NCBI GenBank assembly: GCA_963716395.1
Contig: OY970309.1
Location: forward strand, 896,001-960,000
From: an uncultured Fibrobacteria bacterium
GTDB lineage: Bacteria > Fibrobacterota > Fibrobacteria > UBA11236
Direction of reading: 5' to 3'
Length of the DNA: 64,000 nt
The position numbers and the translations under genes were made by a program. The notes below the pieces were generated by a model that had not been told where the DNA came from, searched no databases, and worked only from the letters and a program-made list of their open reading frames with translations. Every line of letters begins with the position of its first letter. The first letter of the stretch is position 1. Shown one piece after another: positions 10,270 to 22,787 of the stretch.

Positions 10270-11181
10270 ATGTTCAACATTCTCGTCGTCGATGATGAAA
10301 TCGCCATTCGCGGAATGATCGCCGAAGCCCTGACGCTGTTCGGGTGGCAGGTTGCCTTGGCCGGCGACGGCGTCGACGCGTTGGAAAAATTGGCGGCCGC
10401 GCCTTTCGATATGGTGCTGTCGGACATCAACATGCCCCGCATGGGGGGCTTCGAGCTCTTGCAGCGCCTGGAGCAGGAGTATCCCAAGGTCAAACGAGTG
10501 CTGATGACCTCGTACCATCTCGACGATTACATGCGCATGGCGCGCGATCACAACGTCGGCAATGTCATCACCAAATCGGTACCGCTCGATTTCAAGGAAT
10601 TGCGCGATATTCTTTCCGCGCTGTTACACAACGCCATATTCGGCATCGATCGCTATATGCTCGAACCGCATTCGCGCCGGGAATTCATTCTGCAATCGCC
10701 CGGTCAAATCGACGAAATCGCCGACGTCATCGTCTCGGACCAAACCGCCCCTCTAGGCACCCAGAAATTCCGCGTGGTGCTCTTCGAACTCATGACCAAC
10801 GCCCTTTTTTACGGCGCACGCAGCGAGCAAGGCGACAACAAACAGGAATGGGTGCGCGATTTTCGCGTGCCCGAAGAAGAGGCCGTGATCGTCACCGCCT
10901 GCTTCGACCGGGAAAAAGCCGGCGTGGCGGTGCTGGATCGCGGCGGTAAGCTCGACAAGAATACCGTTTTGTATTGGCTCGATCGGCAGACCACCCATGA
11001 CGAGCGAGGTCTGCCCTACGGCGTCTTCGATTACCATGGCCGCGGATTTTTCATCACGCGCCGCTATGTGGACCGGTTTCTGATCAACATCGAAAAGGGC
11101 AAGCGTTGCGAGTGCTGCGTCTTCAATTACTTCGAAAGCAAATTGAACTCCAACAAACCGTTGCTTATCAACGAAATCTGA
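10270..11181 (+). CDS. response regulator receiver plus HATPase_c (RsbW-like) domain
   Basis: LVVDDE..SDINMPRMGG receiver; ELMTNA, DRGG and GRGF GHKL boxes. Confidence 0.8.
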   Translation: MFNILVVDDEIAIRGMIAEALTLFGWQVALAGDGVDALEKLAAAPFDMVLSDINMPRMGGFELLQRLEQEYPKVKRVLMTSYHLDDYMRMARDHNVGNVITKSVPLDFKELRDILSALLHNAIFGIDRYMLEPHSRREFILQSPGQIDEIADVIVSDQTAPLGTQKFRVVLFELMTNALFYGARSEQGDNKQEWVRDFRVPEEEAVIVTACFDREKAGVAVLDRGGKLDKNTVLYWLDRQTTHDERGLPYGVFDYHGRGFFITRRYVDRFLINIEKGKRCECCVFNYFESKLNSNKPLLINEI

Positions 11182-11196
11182 AACGCGCCCGGCCAC

Positions 11197-11225
11197 AAAA
11201 AAAGGCTCCGCCCTCGGAGCCTTTT
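11197..11225. terminator. bidirectional intrinsic terminator
   Basis: AAAAGGCTCCG-ccct-CGGAGCCTTTT between convergent genes. Confidence 0.85.
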
Positions 11226-11246
11226 CCCGCAAAATTTTAATCTTGA

Positions 11247-11444
11247 TTAATGTAACGATTCCACTCGCTCTTTCATGGCCTTGCGAATGGCGGAGTTCAG
11301 TCTCCGCTTCCGTTCTTCCGAGGGTTTTTCATATCGCTGGTTTTTTTTGGCATCGGAAAGGATTCCCGATTTTTCACAGGTTTTGGTAAACCGCCGCAAT
11401 GCTTTTTCAAACGATTCTCCGGGACGCACGATTACTCCAGTCAT
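11247..11444 (-). CDS. rpsU: 30S ribosomal protein S21
   Basis: ESFEKALRRF..GIL...RYEKPSEERKRR. Confidence 0.93.
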   Translation of the reverse strand: MTGVIVRPGESFEKALRRFTKTCEKSGILSDAKKNQRYEKPSEERKRRLNSAIRKAMKERVESLH

Positions 11445-11768
11445 TTCTCTTTTCACCTCTTTTCTTAGCTGCTCTTTGCCGTCTTTTGGCCGACAAAAGT
11501 TATCACCACGCCCATGCCTATGTCAATAAAAATGAACCAGTTACAAGTCAGTGGACAGCACTAAAAACGCAGGAAACGGTGATTTCAGGCTTGACTTTCC
11601 AGCCCAAACCAAAAATTAAAGTCTGGGGTGTCCGAATTTAAAAAATTTCGGGGCCCTGTACGAATTTATTCGGTTTCACCCTGCAAGTTTGCCTATAATG
11701 TTGTGAATTTTATGGTTTGGAACAAATCTTTCTTTTTGATGCGGTGAATCCTTAACAAGGGGCCAGAA

Positions 11769-12614
11769 GTGAAGCGTTTGACGGCATGGACGGTAGTGAT
11801 AGCCGGGGCATGGCTGGCAACTGCATGTAAAAAAGAAAAGAGCCAGGGAGTCATCGAGCCGGCTCCCGGCTCGACCATGGCTGCTCCGGCCGACAGTGCC
11901 ACAAATTTGCCCAGAGAGCCCAACCTGGAGCAGGTTCAGCAGGCTTCACCGCCACCGGCAGCCACCGTCTCCGCCCCCGTTGGCGAATTTACGAAAACCG
12001 GACATTATGTCGTACAGGTTTCCGTTTACAAGCGTAAGCGGCAAGCCCATCGCCTGGCCGCGAAGTTGCAAGACGCCGGATATCCCAGTTATGTCGCCGA
12101 TGTGGAAAATCCCACCCCCGATCTCTCGGGGACCTATTATCGGGTCCGGATCGGCAATTTCGCCTCGCTCCGCGCCGCCTATGACTTCGGCAAGAATACC
12201 CTGCAACCGGCGGGCTATGCCTTTTGGGTCGATAAGAAAAAGAACGATCACCGCACTCTAAACAGCGGCGAAACTCCGGCCGCCGAAGCCCCGGTGGCGA
12301 CCCCGGCCGTTTCGGCACCGCCTTCAGCGGAACCCGAAACAGCGCCGGTAGAATCTCCTTCCTCCTCCACGCCTGCTTCCGCACCGGTGGCCGCTCCGGA
12401 ATCCGCCACCGCACCGGCGACGGCGACGGCGACCGCGCCCGCGTCGGAACCCGTCGGCGTACCCGAACCGCCGGCGCCCAGCGAGCCGGCCACTCCGCAG
12501 GAAAACAATTCCTGGGGCAACCCTGTAACCGATTCCACTCCCGCGCCGGGCGCGACGAATTCCGCCGTGCCCGCCACGCCCAAAGATACCGGCGGGGCTG
12601 TCGAAGGCTGGTAA
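11769..12614 (+). CDS. SPOR-domain lipoprotein with Pro/Ala/Thr-rich tail
   Basis: lipobox LATAC; YVVQVSVY..YYRVRIGNF SPOR motif. Confidence 0.8.
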   Translation: MKRLTAWTVVIAGAWLATACKKEKSQGVIEPAPGSTMAAPADSATNLPREPNLEQVQQASPPPAATVSAPVGEFTKTGHYVVQVSVYKRKRQAHRLAAKLQDAGYPSYVADVENPTPDLSGTYYRVRIGNFASLRAAYDFGKNTLQPAGYAFWVDKKKNDHRTLNSGETPAAEAPVATPAVSAPPSAEPETAPVESPSSSTPASAPVAAPESATAPATATATAPASEPVGVPEPPAPSEPATPQENNSWGNPVTDSTPAPGATNSAVPATPKDTGGAVEGW

Positions 12615-12619
12615 CCTCG

Positions 12620-13942
12620 GTGATATCCGCCGCCGGCCGAAAAGTTCGCATCGTCAATCTCGGCTGTTCCAAAAATCAGGTCGACAGCGAAAATATTCTG
12701 GGCGAATTCGGTCGGGCCGGCTTCACGTTGGCGCACGGGGGAGAGGCTCCCCAGGTCACGGTCATCAACACCTGCGGCTTCATCGAAGCGGCCAAAGAAG
12801 AATCGCTTCAGGAAATTTTCTCGGTGCTGGGCGGCAAGACTCCGGGAGAAAAAGTGGTGGTGGCCGGATGTTTGTCGCAGCGCTACCGCGACGAATTGCA
12901 ACGCGAAATTCCCGAAGCCGATTTGTGGGTGGGCACCTACCGGCCCGGAGAAATCCTGGCGCGCCTGGGATTGAATTCCGCGGCCCCTTCGGATTGCGAC
13001 TTCGGCGCCGCGCCCCGCACCTTGATGGGCGATACGGCGCATCACGCCTATCTGAAAATCGCCGAAGGCTGCAACCGCGTCTGCGGTTTCTGCGCCATCC
13101 CCGGCATGCGGGGTAAGCAGCGCAGCCGGTCCATCGACGAGCTGGTGGCCGAGGCCCGGCAATTGGAGGCGTGGGGCGTCAAAGAAATTTCGCTGATCGC
13201 GCAAGACCTGACTTTTTTCGGACGCGAGAACGGACGCGGAGAGAATCTCGAAATGCTGCTGCGGCGGCTGGTGCGCGAAACCGGCATCGCCTGGTTTCGC
13301 CTGATGTACGCCTATCCCGCCTTTCTCACTCCCGGCCTGCTCGACGTCATGGCCTCGGAACCGCGCGTGTGCAAATATGTCGATCTGCCGGTGCAGCATG
13401 CCAGCGACCGCATGCTCAAGGCCATGCGGCGCAACACCACGCGGCAAAGTCTGCGCGAACAAATCGCGCGGCTGCGCGCGGCCATGCCGGACATCGCCTT
13501 GCGCACCACGGTGCTGCTGGGATATCCGGGCGAAGAAGAAGATGACGTGCGCGATTTGCTCGACTTCGTGGAAGAAACCCGCTTTCGCCATCTCGGCGGT
13601 TTCACCTACTCCGACGAGGAAGGCACGCATGCTTTCGATCTCGCCCCCAAGGTTCCGCTGGAAAAAATGCAGGAGCGGTTGGAACGGGTGATGGAAGTGC
13701 AGCGCGCCATCGCCTGCGAAGACAATGCGGCACGCGTCGGTTCGGAACTGGACGTACTGATCGACGAAGCCGACCCCGAAGCGCCGGGCGGTTTCGTGGG
13801 CCGGAGCCAGGGCGACGCACCCGAAGTCGACGGCCGCGTTTTGCTTCGCGGCGAGGGCGACGCCCGCATCGGAAGCTTTCGCCGCGCCCGGGTTACCGGC
13901 GCACGCGAGTACGATCTCGAAGCGGTGCTGCTGCCGGAATGA
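12620..13942 (+). CDS. rimO: ribosomal protein S12 methylthiotransferase
   Basis: LGCSKNQVDSE, NTCGFIEAAKEES, EGCNRVCGFCAIP, APEVDG (TRAM domain). Confidence 0.94.
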   Translation: MISAAGRKVRIVNLGCSKNQVDSENILGEFGRAGFTLAHGGEAPQVTVINTCGFIEAAKEESLQEIFSVLGGKTPGEKVVVAGCLSQRYRDELQREIPEADLWVGTYRPGEILARLGLNSAAPSDCDFGAAPRTLMGDTAHHAYLKIAEGCNRVCGFCAIPGMRGKQRSRSIDELVAEARQLEAWGVKEISLIAQDLTFFGRENGRGENLEMLLRRLVRETGIAWFRLMYAYPAFLTPGLLDVMASEPRVCKYVDLPVQHASDRMLKAMRRNTTRQSLREQIARLRAAMPDIALRTTVLLGYPGEEEDDVRDLLDFVEETRFRHLGGFTYSDEEGTHAFDLAPKVPLEKMQERLERVMEVQRAIACEDNAARVGSELDVLIDEADPEAPGGFVGRSQGDAPEVDGRVLLRGEGDARIGSFRRARVTGAREYDLEAVLLPE

Positions 13943-13964
13943 TTATAATCCCCTTTTGCTTTCC

Positions 13965-15812
<1,848 letters not shown>

Positions 15813-15992
15813 AGCGATTGAATCTAACACCGATACAATAAGGTTACGAGAGAGATCAATCGCTAACCTCCCTCACAAGGTGATATAAACGGATACTACT
15901 CTTTTTAAACTTTCAAAAAGCGGGAATCCTGTTTGAGATCCGCATCGCTAACCTGCCCAGGGTCTCGATGGAACTGGGGGTTAGCGACTCAA
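15813..15992 (-). promoter_or_regulatory. CRISPR leader
   Basis: AT-richer non-coding 180 bp between the last repeat and cas2; TCGCTAACC at 15860 and 15945, inverted copy at 15979. Confidence 0.85.
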
Positions 15993-16283
15993 TTAAACCA
16001 TAATCAATTCCCCTAGATCGGGCGGTTTTTTGGCTCCATGATGCTCCACTTTTCGTTCCCAATTTGATCCAAGAAAGTAGAAGCGAAGGCTATCCTGATC
16101 CTGGTTTAAAATCCCCAAAAGCCTGGTTTTCAACACTTCCCAACGAGCCGGATCGAGATTGCATTCAAATACCGAATTTTGAACTCGAAGTCCGAAATCT
16201 TCACACGCTTCCGCGATTTTCCGAAGACGTTTCCGCCCTGCGGCCGTAATGGTGGAAACGTCATAGCTGACTAGCACCAGCAT
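15993..16283 (-). CDS. cas2: CRISPR-associated endonuclease Cas2
   Basis: [27 protein letters not shown]. Confidence 0.96.
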   Translation of the reverse strand: MLVLVSYDVSTITAAGRKRLRKIAEACEDFGLRVQNSVFECNLDPARWEVLKTRLLGILNQDQDSLRFYFLGSNWERKVEHHGAKKPPDLGELIMV

Positions 16284-16284
16284 T

Positions 16285-17319
16285 TTATCTCCAAAGAAAG
16301 GCTGGATAGAATTCGAGATCTCCGCGAATGTGCCTAGCTAATAGCCGGGCTTGGGTCAGGAAACAGAGCCCAACATCCAAATCCTCGTCCAGGAAAGGAT
16401 GTTTGATGGTCTCGCGTTTTCTTTTTTGAATGTCGGCAAGAACCGTCTTGCGTGTTTCCACAGTCATTTCAACCTCGGTTGAAGGTTGCACGATGAACCC
16501 CTCGCGGTTGACTTGCTTGAGATTCACCAAACTCAACACCAATCGGTCTGCGAAAGGCGCCCGGAATTCTTCCATCAAGTCCAAAGCCAGCGATGGCCTC
16601 CCCGGCCGCTCCACATGAAGGTATCCGACATAGGGGTCAAGCCCCACCGATTCCAAAGCGGAGCGCATATCCAGGGCAAGAATGGAATACGCAAAGGAAA
16701 GCAAGGCGTTCACACGATCCGTCGGCGGCCTGCGACTTCGGCCGTTGAAGCGGAATTCAGATTCCGGCGGCAATAGCATCGCGTCGAATACCGAGAAGTA
16801 GGCTTCGGCGGCATCGCCTTCTATGCCGCGCAGCGACTCGACGGAATCGGTTTTCTTGGCCCCGGTAAGGCAATTCTCCATGCGGTTTAACATGACTTCG
16901 ATTTCCGCCGATCGGGTAGATTCCGGATGGTTGCGGAGAAAACGCAGCAAGGTGGCCCTTTGGTTCTGAATCTTGGCCGCCACGCAACAGCGGGCTATCG
17001 ACAACGAGCGCGCCGGATCGTCCGCGAGGCGATATTGTTCCCGTCGCAGTAAGACATTGCCATGTACCGGCCCCGTCAGTCGCGCCAGGAATTTTCCATT
17101 GCCATGCAAATAGCTGACGGTCACGCCTTCACGAGCGCAATGCTCGGACAGTTCCGGTGACACGCCGATGCCGAAACCGAAACAGACGATTTCACCGATC
17201 GCGTGAAGCGGGAATTGCGCAACTTTTTCCCTATCCTTGCGTACCGTAACCGCCTCGCCATCCTTGTGGAGATAAGCCCCTTCCAAGGTCATGTACAGCG
17301 TATTGCGAACATGCTTCAT
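16285..17319 (-). CDS. cas1: Cas1, type I-C
   Basis: [46 protein letters not shown]. Confidence 0.97.
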   Translation of the reverse strand: MKHVRNTLYMTLEGAYLHKDGEAVTVRKDREKVAQFPLHAIGEIVCFGFGIGVSPELSEHCAREGVTVSYLHGNGKFLARLTGPVHGNVLLRREQYRLADDPARSLSIARCCVAAKIQNQRATLLRFLRNHPESTRSAEIEVMLNRMENCLTGAKKTDSVESLRGIEGDAAEAYFSVFDAMLLPPESEFRFNGRSRRPPTDRVNALLSFAYSILALDMRSALESVGLDPYVGYLHVERPGRPSLALDLMEEFRAPFADRLVLSLVNLKQVNREGFIVQPSTEVEMTVETRKTVLADIQKRKRETIKHPFLDEDLDVGLCFLTQARLLARHIRGDLEFYPAFLWR

Positions 17320-17984
17320 CCTAGTAGCTCCTGGCGGTAAGCCTGAACCTTTGCGGGCGCCGCGCTTTTCGGCTGGCAAATTCCTATCAACGAACAGGAG
17401 CGGCAGCCTTTTTTCCAGATAGCGGGCGGCAACTGTCGCAAACACATCATGTGATCGAAGGCGGTGATGGTTTCCCGGGTGCGGATGCGTAAGGCCTCAT
17501 CAAAAACCACTTCGTCTCTTCGGCGGATTCTTCCATAGAAAATCGATCCTTCCGGAATCTCAGCCCCGGTCATCTCCTCCAGGCACAGGGCTTGGGCGCA
17601 AAGTTGAATCCGATCGCAATCCAATTCCTTGGGTTCGCCGCGCTTGAATTCCACCGGACGAATTTTCCAATTTCCGCTTAACCCAAGGAATGATGCCGTA
17701 TCCGGCGTATCGCCTATCTTTTCAACCTCCACCACGTCCAAACGTCCGTACAAACACAATTTCAAAGACTGAACACGCACCCCGGAAAACTGGCGCAACC
17801 CCCGGCGGAATTCCCGATAGCCTTCATCCACCCGTTCATGCAAGGTCCGGCCTTCGGCAGTGCGCTGGTTTTCCTCCCAGACTTGCTCAAGGTGAATCAA
17901 CCCGGCCTGCCGCGGGCAGAAGGCCATGTGCTGCAAAGCCGAGATCGGATGCAGATCTTCTTCACGGTGGGCCGTGGTGGTCAC
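17316..17984 (-). CDS. cas4: Cas4 exonuclease
   Basis: ISALQHMAFCPRQ, PVEFKRG, QLCAQALCLEEM, CRSCSLIGIC Fe-S motif. Confidence 0.95.
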   Translation of the reverse strand: MTTTAHREEDLHPISALQHMAFCPRQAGLIHLEQVWEENQRTAEGRTLHERVDEGYREFRRGLRQFSGVRVQSLKLCLYGRLDVVEVEKIGDTPDTASFLGLSGNWKIRPVEFKRGEPKELDCDRIQLCAQALCLEEMTGAEIPEGSIFYGRIRRRDEVVFDEALRIRTRETITAFDHMMCLRQLPPAIWKKGCRSCSLIGICQPKSAAPAKVQAYRQELLG

Positions 17985-18820
17985 GGTTTCGGTTTTGCCA
18001 GCTTTCGGGTTTTTGATCCCGGCAAATAGTTCTGTCCAGAAACGACTTTCCGCCCCGTACGGCTTTCCAGAGCTTTGCGGGCCTTACCGGCTACGGAACC
18101 TCCTTCCCTGGCGGCTTTGCGGTTCGGCTCGAAACCCTGAACGTCTCCGGTGCGGGTGATCTCGGTGGTGGCCGCTTCACCAAGCATGCTGAAGATCAAT
18201 TCCAAATCGTTCATATGGTCGCGAAGGTTTTCGCGCTTGAGCCCTTTGATTTGCTTGTATTCGGATGGCGTGACTCCGAAGGCCGCTTTGGAGATTTCGG
18301 CGGTCAGGATGGCGTAATCCTTCTCCTCTTGGATTCCCCGGTTTTTCCACTCTCCTGTCAGCTCTTCCCGAATGGCGATGGACCGCATGCGCTTTTCGAT
18401 CCAGTCGTCCGGATAGCCCTTGGCCTTGTACAAAGCCCGGGTGCGCTTGGAGGCTAATTCGGGGTCCTCGATTTCCTGAATGCGCTCATATCCCACCTTG
18501 GCCAGCCATTTCTTGAAAGGCTCGGCCTTGGGCGAAGGAATGCTCTGGATGATGCGGAAAACGCCTTCGGTGTTGGCACAATTAAGGTTTTGAAGACCTC
18601 CCGGCGTTTGGACGGAAAGGGGGGTGGCAATTTGCCCCCACCCTTGGTTCAGTTCCGGGTCGCGTCGGCGCATATCCTTGACGTATCCCGCCGGTTTCAC
18701 TGAGTCGGTCAAGGCCGAAACGACGTCAGCAATGACGAACCACCATTCGCCCTTATGCAGGGTTTTGCGGATTTCTTTGCCCCGGAACAGGGCAATGTGG
18801 GTGGGGTCCTCCACGTTCAA
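17981..18820 (-). CDS. Bro-N domain (antirepressor-like) DNA-binding protein
   Basis: [50 protein letters not shown]; 4-nt overlaps with cas7 and cas4. Confidence 0.8.
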   Translation of the reverse strand: MNVEDPTHIALFRGKEIRKTLHKGEWWFVIADVVSALTDSVKPAGYVKDMRRRDPELNQGWGQIATPLSVQTPGGLQNLNCANTEGVFRIIQSIPSPKAEPFKKWLAKVGYERIQEIEDPELASKRTRALYKAKGYPDDWIEKRMRSIAIREELTGEWKNRGIQEEKDYAILTAEISKAAFGVTPSEYKQIKGLKRENLRDHMNDLELIFSMLGEAATTEITRTGDVQGFEPNRKAAREGGSVAGKARKALESRTGRKVVSGQNYLPGSKTRKLAKPKP

Positions 18821-19965
18821 GCCATCCGCAACAATTTCACGCCGTTTCCGGCATCGGCACTTGATCCGACCGCAGGTAGTGGTTTCCCGTCGAACGTGAC
18901 CTCGTAGTCCTCGAATGCCCTGGCAGGCGGCAATTTGCCACCTTCGCCAGCTACGCCGATTTTCCGCTTGGCCACGACACGCTCGAACAAGGCATGCGCC
19001 GGGGCATTGCCGAGAGCCGTGGCGTGTTCAAATACAAGCAAAGGACGCGTAGACATCAGTCCACGGGCCGCAGATCGGTCATGCTCGAAAGCGTTAACCA
19101 GTGAATCCCAAAAGAGATTCAAGTCCTCTTCGGAAAAGCCGGTTTGATTGGCGAGATGAGCGGAAATGAAACCGTGGGAGCGGTACAATCCATATGGAAC
19201 GGTGAATTTACGGCCCATGGTTCGGTTGTCTCCACCCTGTTTCTCGGCCTCGGCTTCGGTGGCCACGGCCATGCGGGTGATACTGTGTTCCAGGGCCACG
19301 ATGGGATCCACCGAGCGGGCGAAGGTCATCTGGATGGGTCCGCGGACTTGACCACAATTAGGGGCCGATTTGAGAGACATAACAGCGCCAAAGGTCCGGA
19401 TGTCGTAAAAATGAGAACACATCCAATCGCGCCCTTTACCTGTTTCTTCGGCGGTCGGTTTTCGCGCTTTCACGCCTTTTAAAGAATCTTCCAGAAATTT
19501 CTTGAGATCCTTTCCAGGTTTGGTTTCCTTTATCGCCTGCTTAATCGATTTGACATCGGCATCAGCGGCCACGACTAACCAAAGTTTCTCCTCGTCCTCG
19601 TCAAGGCTCAATCCCTCCGGCAAAATGAAATCTTCTATTTCGGTCTTCAGGTTGTCCGGAATGAGTTTTCTGCCTTCTTCTCCCAAAGCAATTCCGAGGT
19701 CGGTGAATGCGGCATTATGGGCTCTCCCCAAAACCGCTTTTTCCTTGACGTAAATGTCGTACCCACTTTTGGGTTTTTGTCCTTCCGTTTGCGTCAGTTG
19801 GACAAAATTGCGGATTTTTCTTTTGAGACATACATCGGTGACAAGCCCCGTGCCAGTTTCAGCGTCGATGCGCGGAAGATTGCCGGCGTCGGGATCGCCG
19901 TTTGGATTGCCGTCCTGAATGTCGAACAGAAAAATGAAGTCGTAGCGCTTGGTGATATTACTCAT
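18817..19965 (-). CDS. cas7: Cas7c (Csd2)
   Basis: [49 protein letters not shown]. Confidence 0.96.
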   Translation of the reverse strand: MSNITKRYDFIFLFDIQDGNPNGDPDAGNLPRIDAETGTGLVTDVCLKRKIRNFVQLTQTEGQKPKSGYDIYVKEKAVLGRAHNAAFTDLGIALGEEGRKLIPDNLKTEIEDFILPEGLSLDEDEEKLWLVVAADADVKSIKQAIKETKPGKDLKKFLEDSLKGVKARKPTAEETGKGRDWMCSHFYDIRTFGAVMSLKSAPNCGQVRGPIQMTFARSVDPIVALEHSITRMAVATEAEAEKQGGDNRTMGRKFTVPYGLYRSHGFISAHLANQTGFSEEDLNLFWDSLVNAFEHDRSAARGLMSTRPLLVFEHATALGNAPAHALFERVVAKRKIGVAGEGGKLPPARAFEDYEVTFDGKPLPAVGSSADAGNGVKLLRMA

Positions 19966-19987
19966 AATTTTCTCCTTGAGGTTTTAG

Positions 19988-21697
19988 TTACTCGGATATT
20001 TTGGGCTTGGTGAAAAAGGCCTGGCGTTGGTGGTAATAGCCGACGGCGAAGCGGGCTTGGTCTTCCATGGAAAGGTGGGCCGGCATGTCTGGAGACAAAC
20101 CTCCGAAAATCTCCGTCAGCCGATTTTCGTGGACGGCTCGAAAGGCAGGGTTTTCCAATTTGGCCAAGTGGTGATTCTTCAACTTCAACAATTGTGGAAA
20201 AACACTAATGGGACTGGAACTGGCGGCTCCGTAGAACCGATCGCGGATGGTGGTATTGATGCCGGGTTGCGCGTCTTCTTGGATTTTTTCCAGGGTGGCG
20301 AAAAGCCTTCCAAGACGGTAACCCGAATTAGTATTGGTGAGATCTAGCGACACGGTAATTTCCTCCTGAATGGGATTGTTCTGCTGCCGATGTTGGCGGT
20401 TGATGCAAGCTTTTAGAATGGCGGCTTGCGTACGCCGCACGTCCTGCGTGGCACGGATGCGCCGAATTGCCTGCTGCAAAAGAGTCGCAGGATAAGGGGT
20501 TCCCGTCAAAATGGAAAGCATGACGCTACCCGCCAGATTCGGCGGAACGTTCTCAGTTTTGTTCTGGACTGCGATATCCGAGAGCAGGAAAAACAGCGCG
20601 TAATTCCCCTTGTCGTTCTTGGGCTTGACGATTTCCAAATCCTGAAAATGCTGACGGATTCTGCCGGAAAATTCAGCCACGGTGCCGGCATGCCAGAAAC
20701 GCACTGAGACACGGGCGGCATTGGGAGAAAGTCCTAGTACAAAAAAACGGGCTTCGCCATCGGGAATTCCGGTGCCAGTGAATGGGCTACGGAGCAAGGT
20801 CTCCATCGCCTTAATGCCGCGATCCGGGTCATCCTTTGGTGGAGCATTCCAAAGAAAGGAAAAGACTTCCTCAAACGAAGTCTTCTTTTCTGACCAAAAA
20901 ACTGTTGTTGCATCGCCAACTTGGACCTTGTTTTTTGAATCCCTTCCCAGGAGGAGGTTCAGAACCGTGGTGTAGGCAAAGGTTGCCGATTCACTTACGG
21001 GAGCATTATAGTTTTGCTCCTTCCGGAAAGACCTGAATGCCGGGAGGTTGAACGAAATTAGTGCCGCACCCGAAGACTGAGCGTCTCGAACCCCTTTAAT
21101 CGAAGGATGGATACGGGCAGCCGAAGATTTGCATCCTGATATAAGGCAGATTCCCGCACCTTTCGAACCGGGCCTACGGATATGGGTTGAAAGTGATTCA
21201 CAAATAGAAGCATCTCTTGCACCATCGATCCTAAAAAGAACATTTAGATTGGAATCCAAGACCTCCTTCCATCTATCCTCATCCTTTTTGCTTTTCTCAA
21301 TTTGAGCTACGGGGTTTGAAGCGAGAAACCGTAAAAGAATCTCGCGATCAGGGTTTTCGTCGATATCGGAAGACAATCGACGCAGAAAATCAGCATGTCG
21401 CTCCGAAATATCTTGCCTACCACGCGGATTGGCACCAAGGGCATATTCAACGTTGCCCCACAACAGATTCGCTTTAACATTCACGCTTTTTTTTTCCGCC
21501 ACCGGTACAAGGAAGGATTTAGCCCGTCTTTTCCGTCCTTCCCCTTCCCGCGTGTCCTCTAAAGACACAAATTGCCCATCACGATCAATAACGACGACAA
21601 ACGAAATATCCTGCCACTGAAATCCTTCCGGTGCAATCCCACTTTCCGGATCCGCTGCCTTGCGTTGGTAATATTCGTACAACGCCTGCAAAATCAT
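19988..21697 (-). CDS. cas8c: Cas8c (Csd1)
   Basis: MILQALYEYY, LSPNAARVSVRFW, YRLGRLFATLEKIQ, FAVGYYHQR. Confidence 0.96.
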   Translation of the reverse strand: MILQALYEYYQRKAADPESGIAPEGFQWQDISFVVVIDRDGQFVSLEDTREGEGRKRRAKSFLVPVAEKKSVNVKANLLWGNVEYALGANPRGRQDISERHADFLRRLSSDIDENPDREILLRFLASNPVAQIEKSKKDEDRWKEVLDSNLNVLFRIDGARDASICESLSTHIRRPGSKGAGICLISGCKSSAARIHPSIKGVRDAQSSGAALISFNLPAFRSFRKEQNYNAPVSESATFAYTTVLNLLLGRDSKNKVQVGDATTVFWSEKKTSFEEVFSFLWNAPPKDDPDRGIKAMETLLRSPFTGTGIPDGEARFFVLGLSPNAARVSVRFWHAGTVAEFSGRIRQHFQDLEIVKPKNDKGNYALFFLLSDIAVQNKTENVPPNLAGSVMLSILTGTPYPATLLQQAIRRIRATQDVRRTQAAILKACINRQHRQQNNPIQEEITVSLDLTNTNSGYRLGRLFATLEKIQEDAQPGINTTIRDRFYGAASSSPISVFPQLLKLKNHHLAKLENPAFRAVHENRLTEIFGGLSPDMPAHLSMEDQARFAVGYYHQRQAFFTKPKISE

Positions 21698-22449
21698 TTC
21701 CGCACTTCCTCGCTGTCCCAAGGCGGTACTTCGATAATCCCTTGCTCGATTTTCGCCCGGAAAAACGCAGGCTGCGGATCGTTTTCATTCTGGAAATCCA
21801 GATCGAAAAGCATGAAACCCAATTCCCGCGTTTCCGCAATCGGCGGCTTTTCCTTTTGCTCCGAAGCCAATTCGCTTTCGGGAATGAAACGGAATGCGCA
21901 ACTGAACTCACGACAGCCGAGATAGGGCTGGTTGAAGCATTGACCTTTCGCGGCTCGGCGCTCGAACATGGCGTGATACTTCCCGGGATTCTCGTCTTTA
22001 CCGGTTTTGGCCGTTTCGGCGCAATGTGCGGTGAATTCTTTCTCTTCCGGGTCAACCAATGATTCCGGAACCGGATTCAAAACCTTGGGCCGCATGGAAG
22101 GCGGAATGAATTCCATCTCAGCATGTAACCGATAGGCTACGTCGCGTAGGAATAGTCCAGCCCTTTGCTGGCGGGCATCCTCGATGAGAATTTCAGAACC
22201 TGCCCGATCGCTGGCCACGGCGCCCACTTCATTACGCCGCACCGAAATCCAACGAATGGGTTGCAACACTTCGATTTTGCGGACATGCCAACGTATGGCG
22301 GGCTTCCAAAATATGGCGGTGAAAATCGCCCGGGCCGACGAGGGCGTGATCACGTCGTAACTGACGCGTTCCACCTTCATTTCCGGGCGGGTGAAACAGG
22401 CGTAATCGCCTCTTACTTTCAAACAGAACGATTTTCGCGTATGGGTCAA
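21694..22449 (-). CDS. cas5: Cas5c (Cas5d) pre-crRNA processing subunit
   Basis: ACFTRPEMKVERVSYDVITPSSAR, QPYLGCREF; TTG start after AAGGAGG RBS. Confidence 0.95.
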   Translation of the reverse strand: MTHTRKSFCLKVRGDYACFTRPEMKVERVSYDVITPSSARAIFTAIFWKPAIRWHVRKIEVLQPIRWISVRRNEVGAVASDRAGSEILIEDARQQRAGLFLRDVAYRLHAEMEFIPPSMRPKVLNPVPESLVDPEEKEFTAHCAETAKTGKDENPGKYHAMFERRAAKGQCFNQPYLGCREFSCAFRFIPESELASEQKEKPPIAETRELGFMLFDLDFQNENDPQPAFFRAKIEQGIIEVPPWDSEEVRK

Positions 22450-22535
22450 GAAACCTCCTTGGGGAGCGGATTTCACGGGTACACCGTGCCCTCCCGGCGT
22501 TGTGCCACGCTGATGCAAAGGGTATTATTGAAAAC

Positions 22536-22787
22536 ATGACGACTCTTTCGGTGCAGGTTCCTGAGGACATCTTTTCGGCGTTGCGGCTTTCTCCCGAGGA
22601 AATCGCGCGGGAATTGCCTTTGGCCGCGGCCATATTGTGGTATTCCAAAGGCTTGATATCCCAGGAAAAAGCGGCACACATCGCGGGCCTGAGTCGCGCG
22701 ATCTTCCTGAACGAACTGGCCAAGGCTCAAATCCCCGTTTTCCATGTGGATTTGGATGAAGTTCGCCGGGAAGCCCTGAGTGGTTGA
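22536..22787 (+). CDS. UPF0175-family putative antitoxin
   Basis: 83 aa, ISQEKAAHIAGLSRAIFLNEL HTH-like motif; overlaps the downstream PIN gene. Confidence 0.8.
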   Translation: MTTLSVQVPEDIFSALRLSPEEIARELPLAAAILWYSKGLISQEKAAHIAGLSRAIFLNELAKAQIPVFHVDLDEVRREALSG

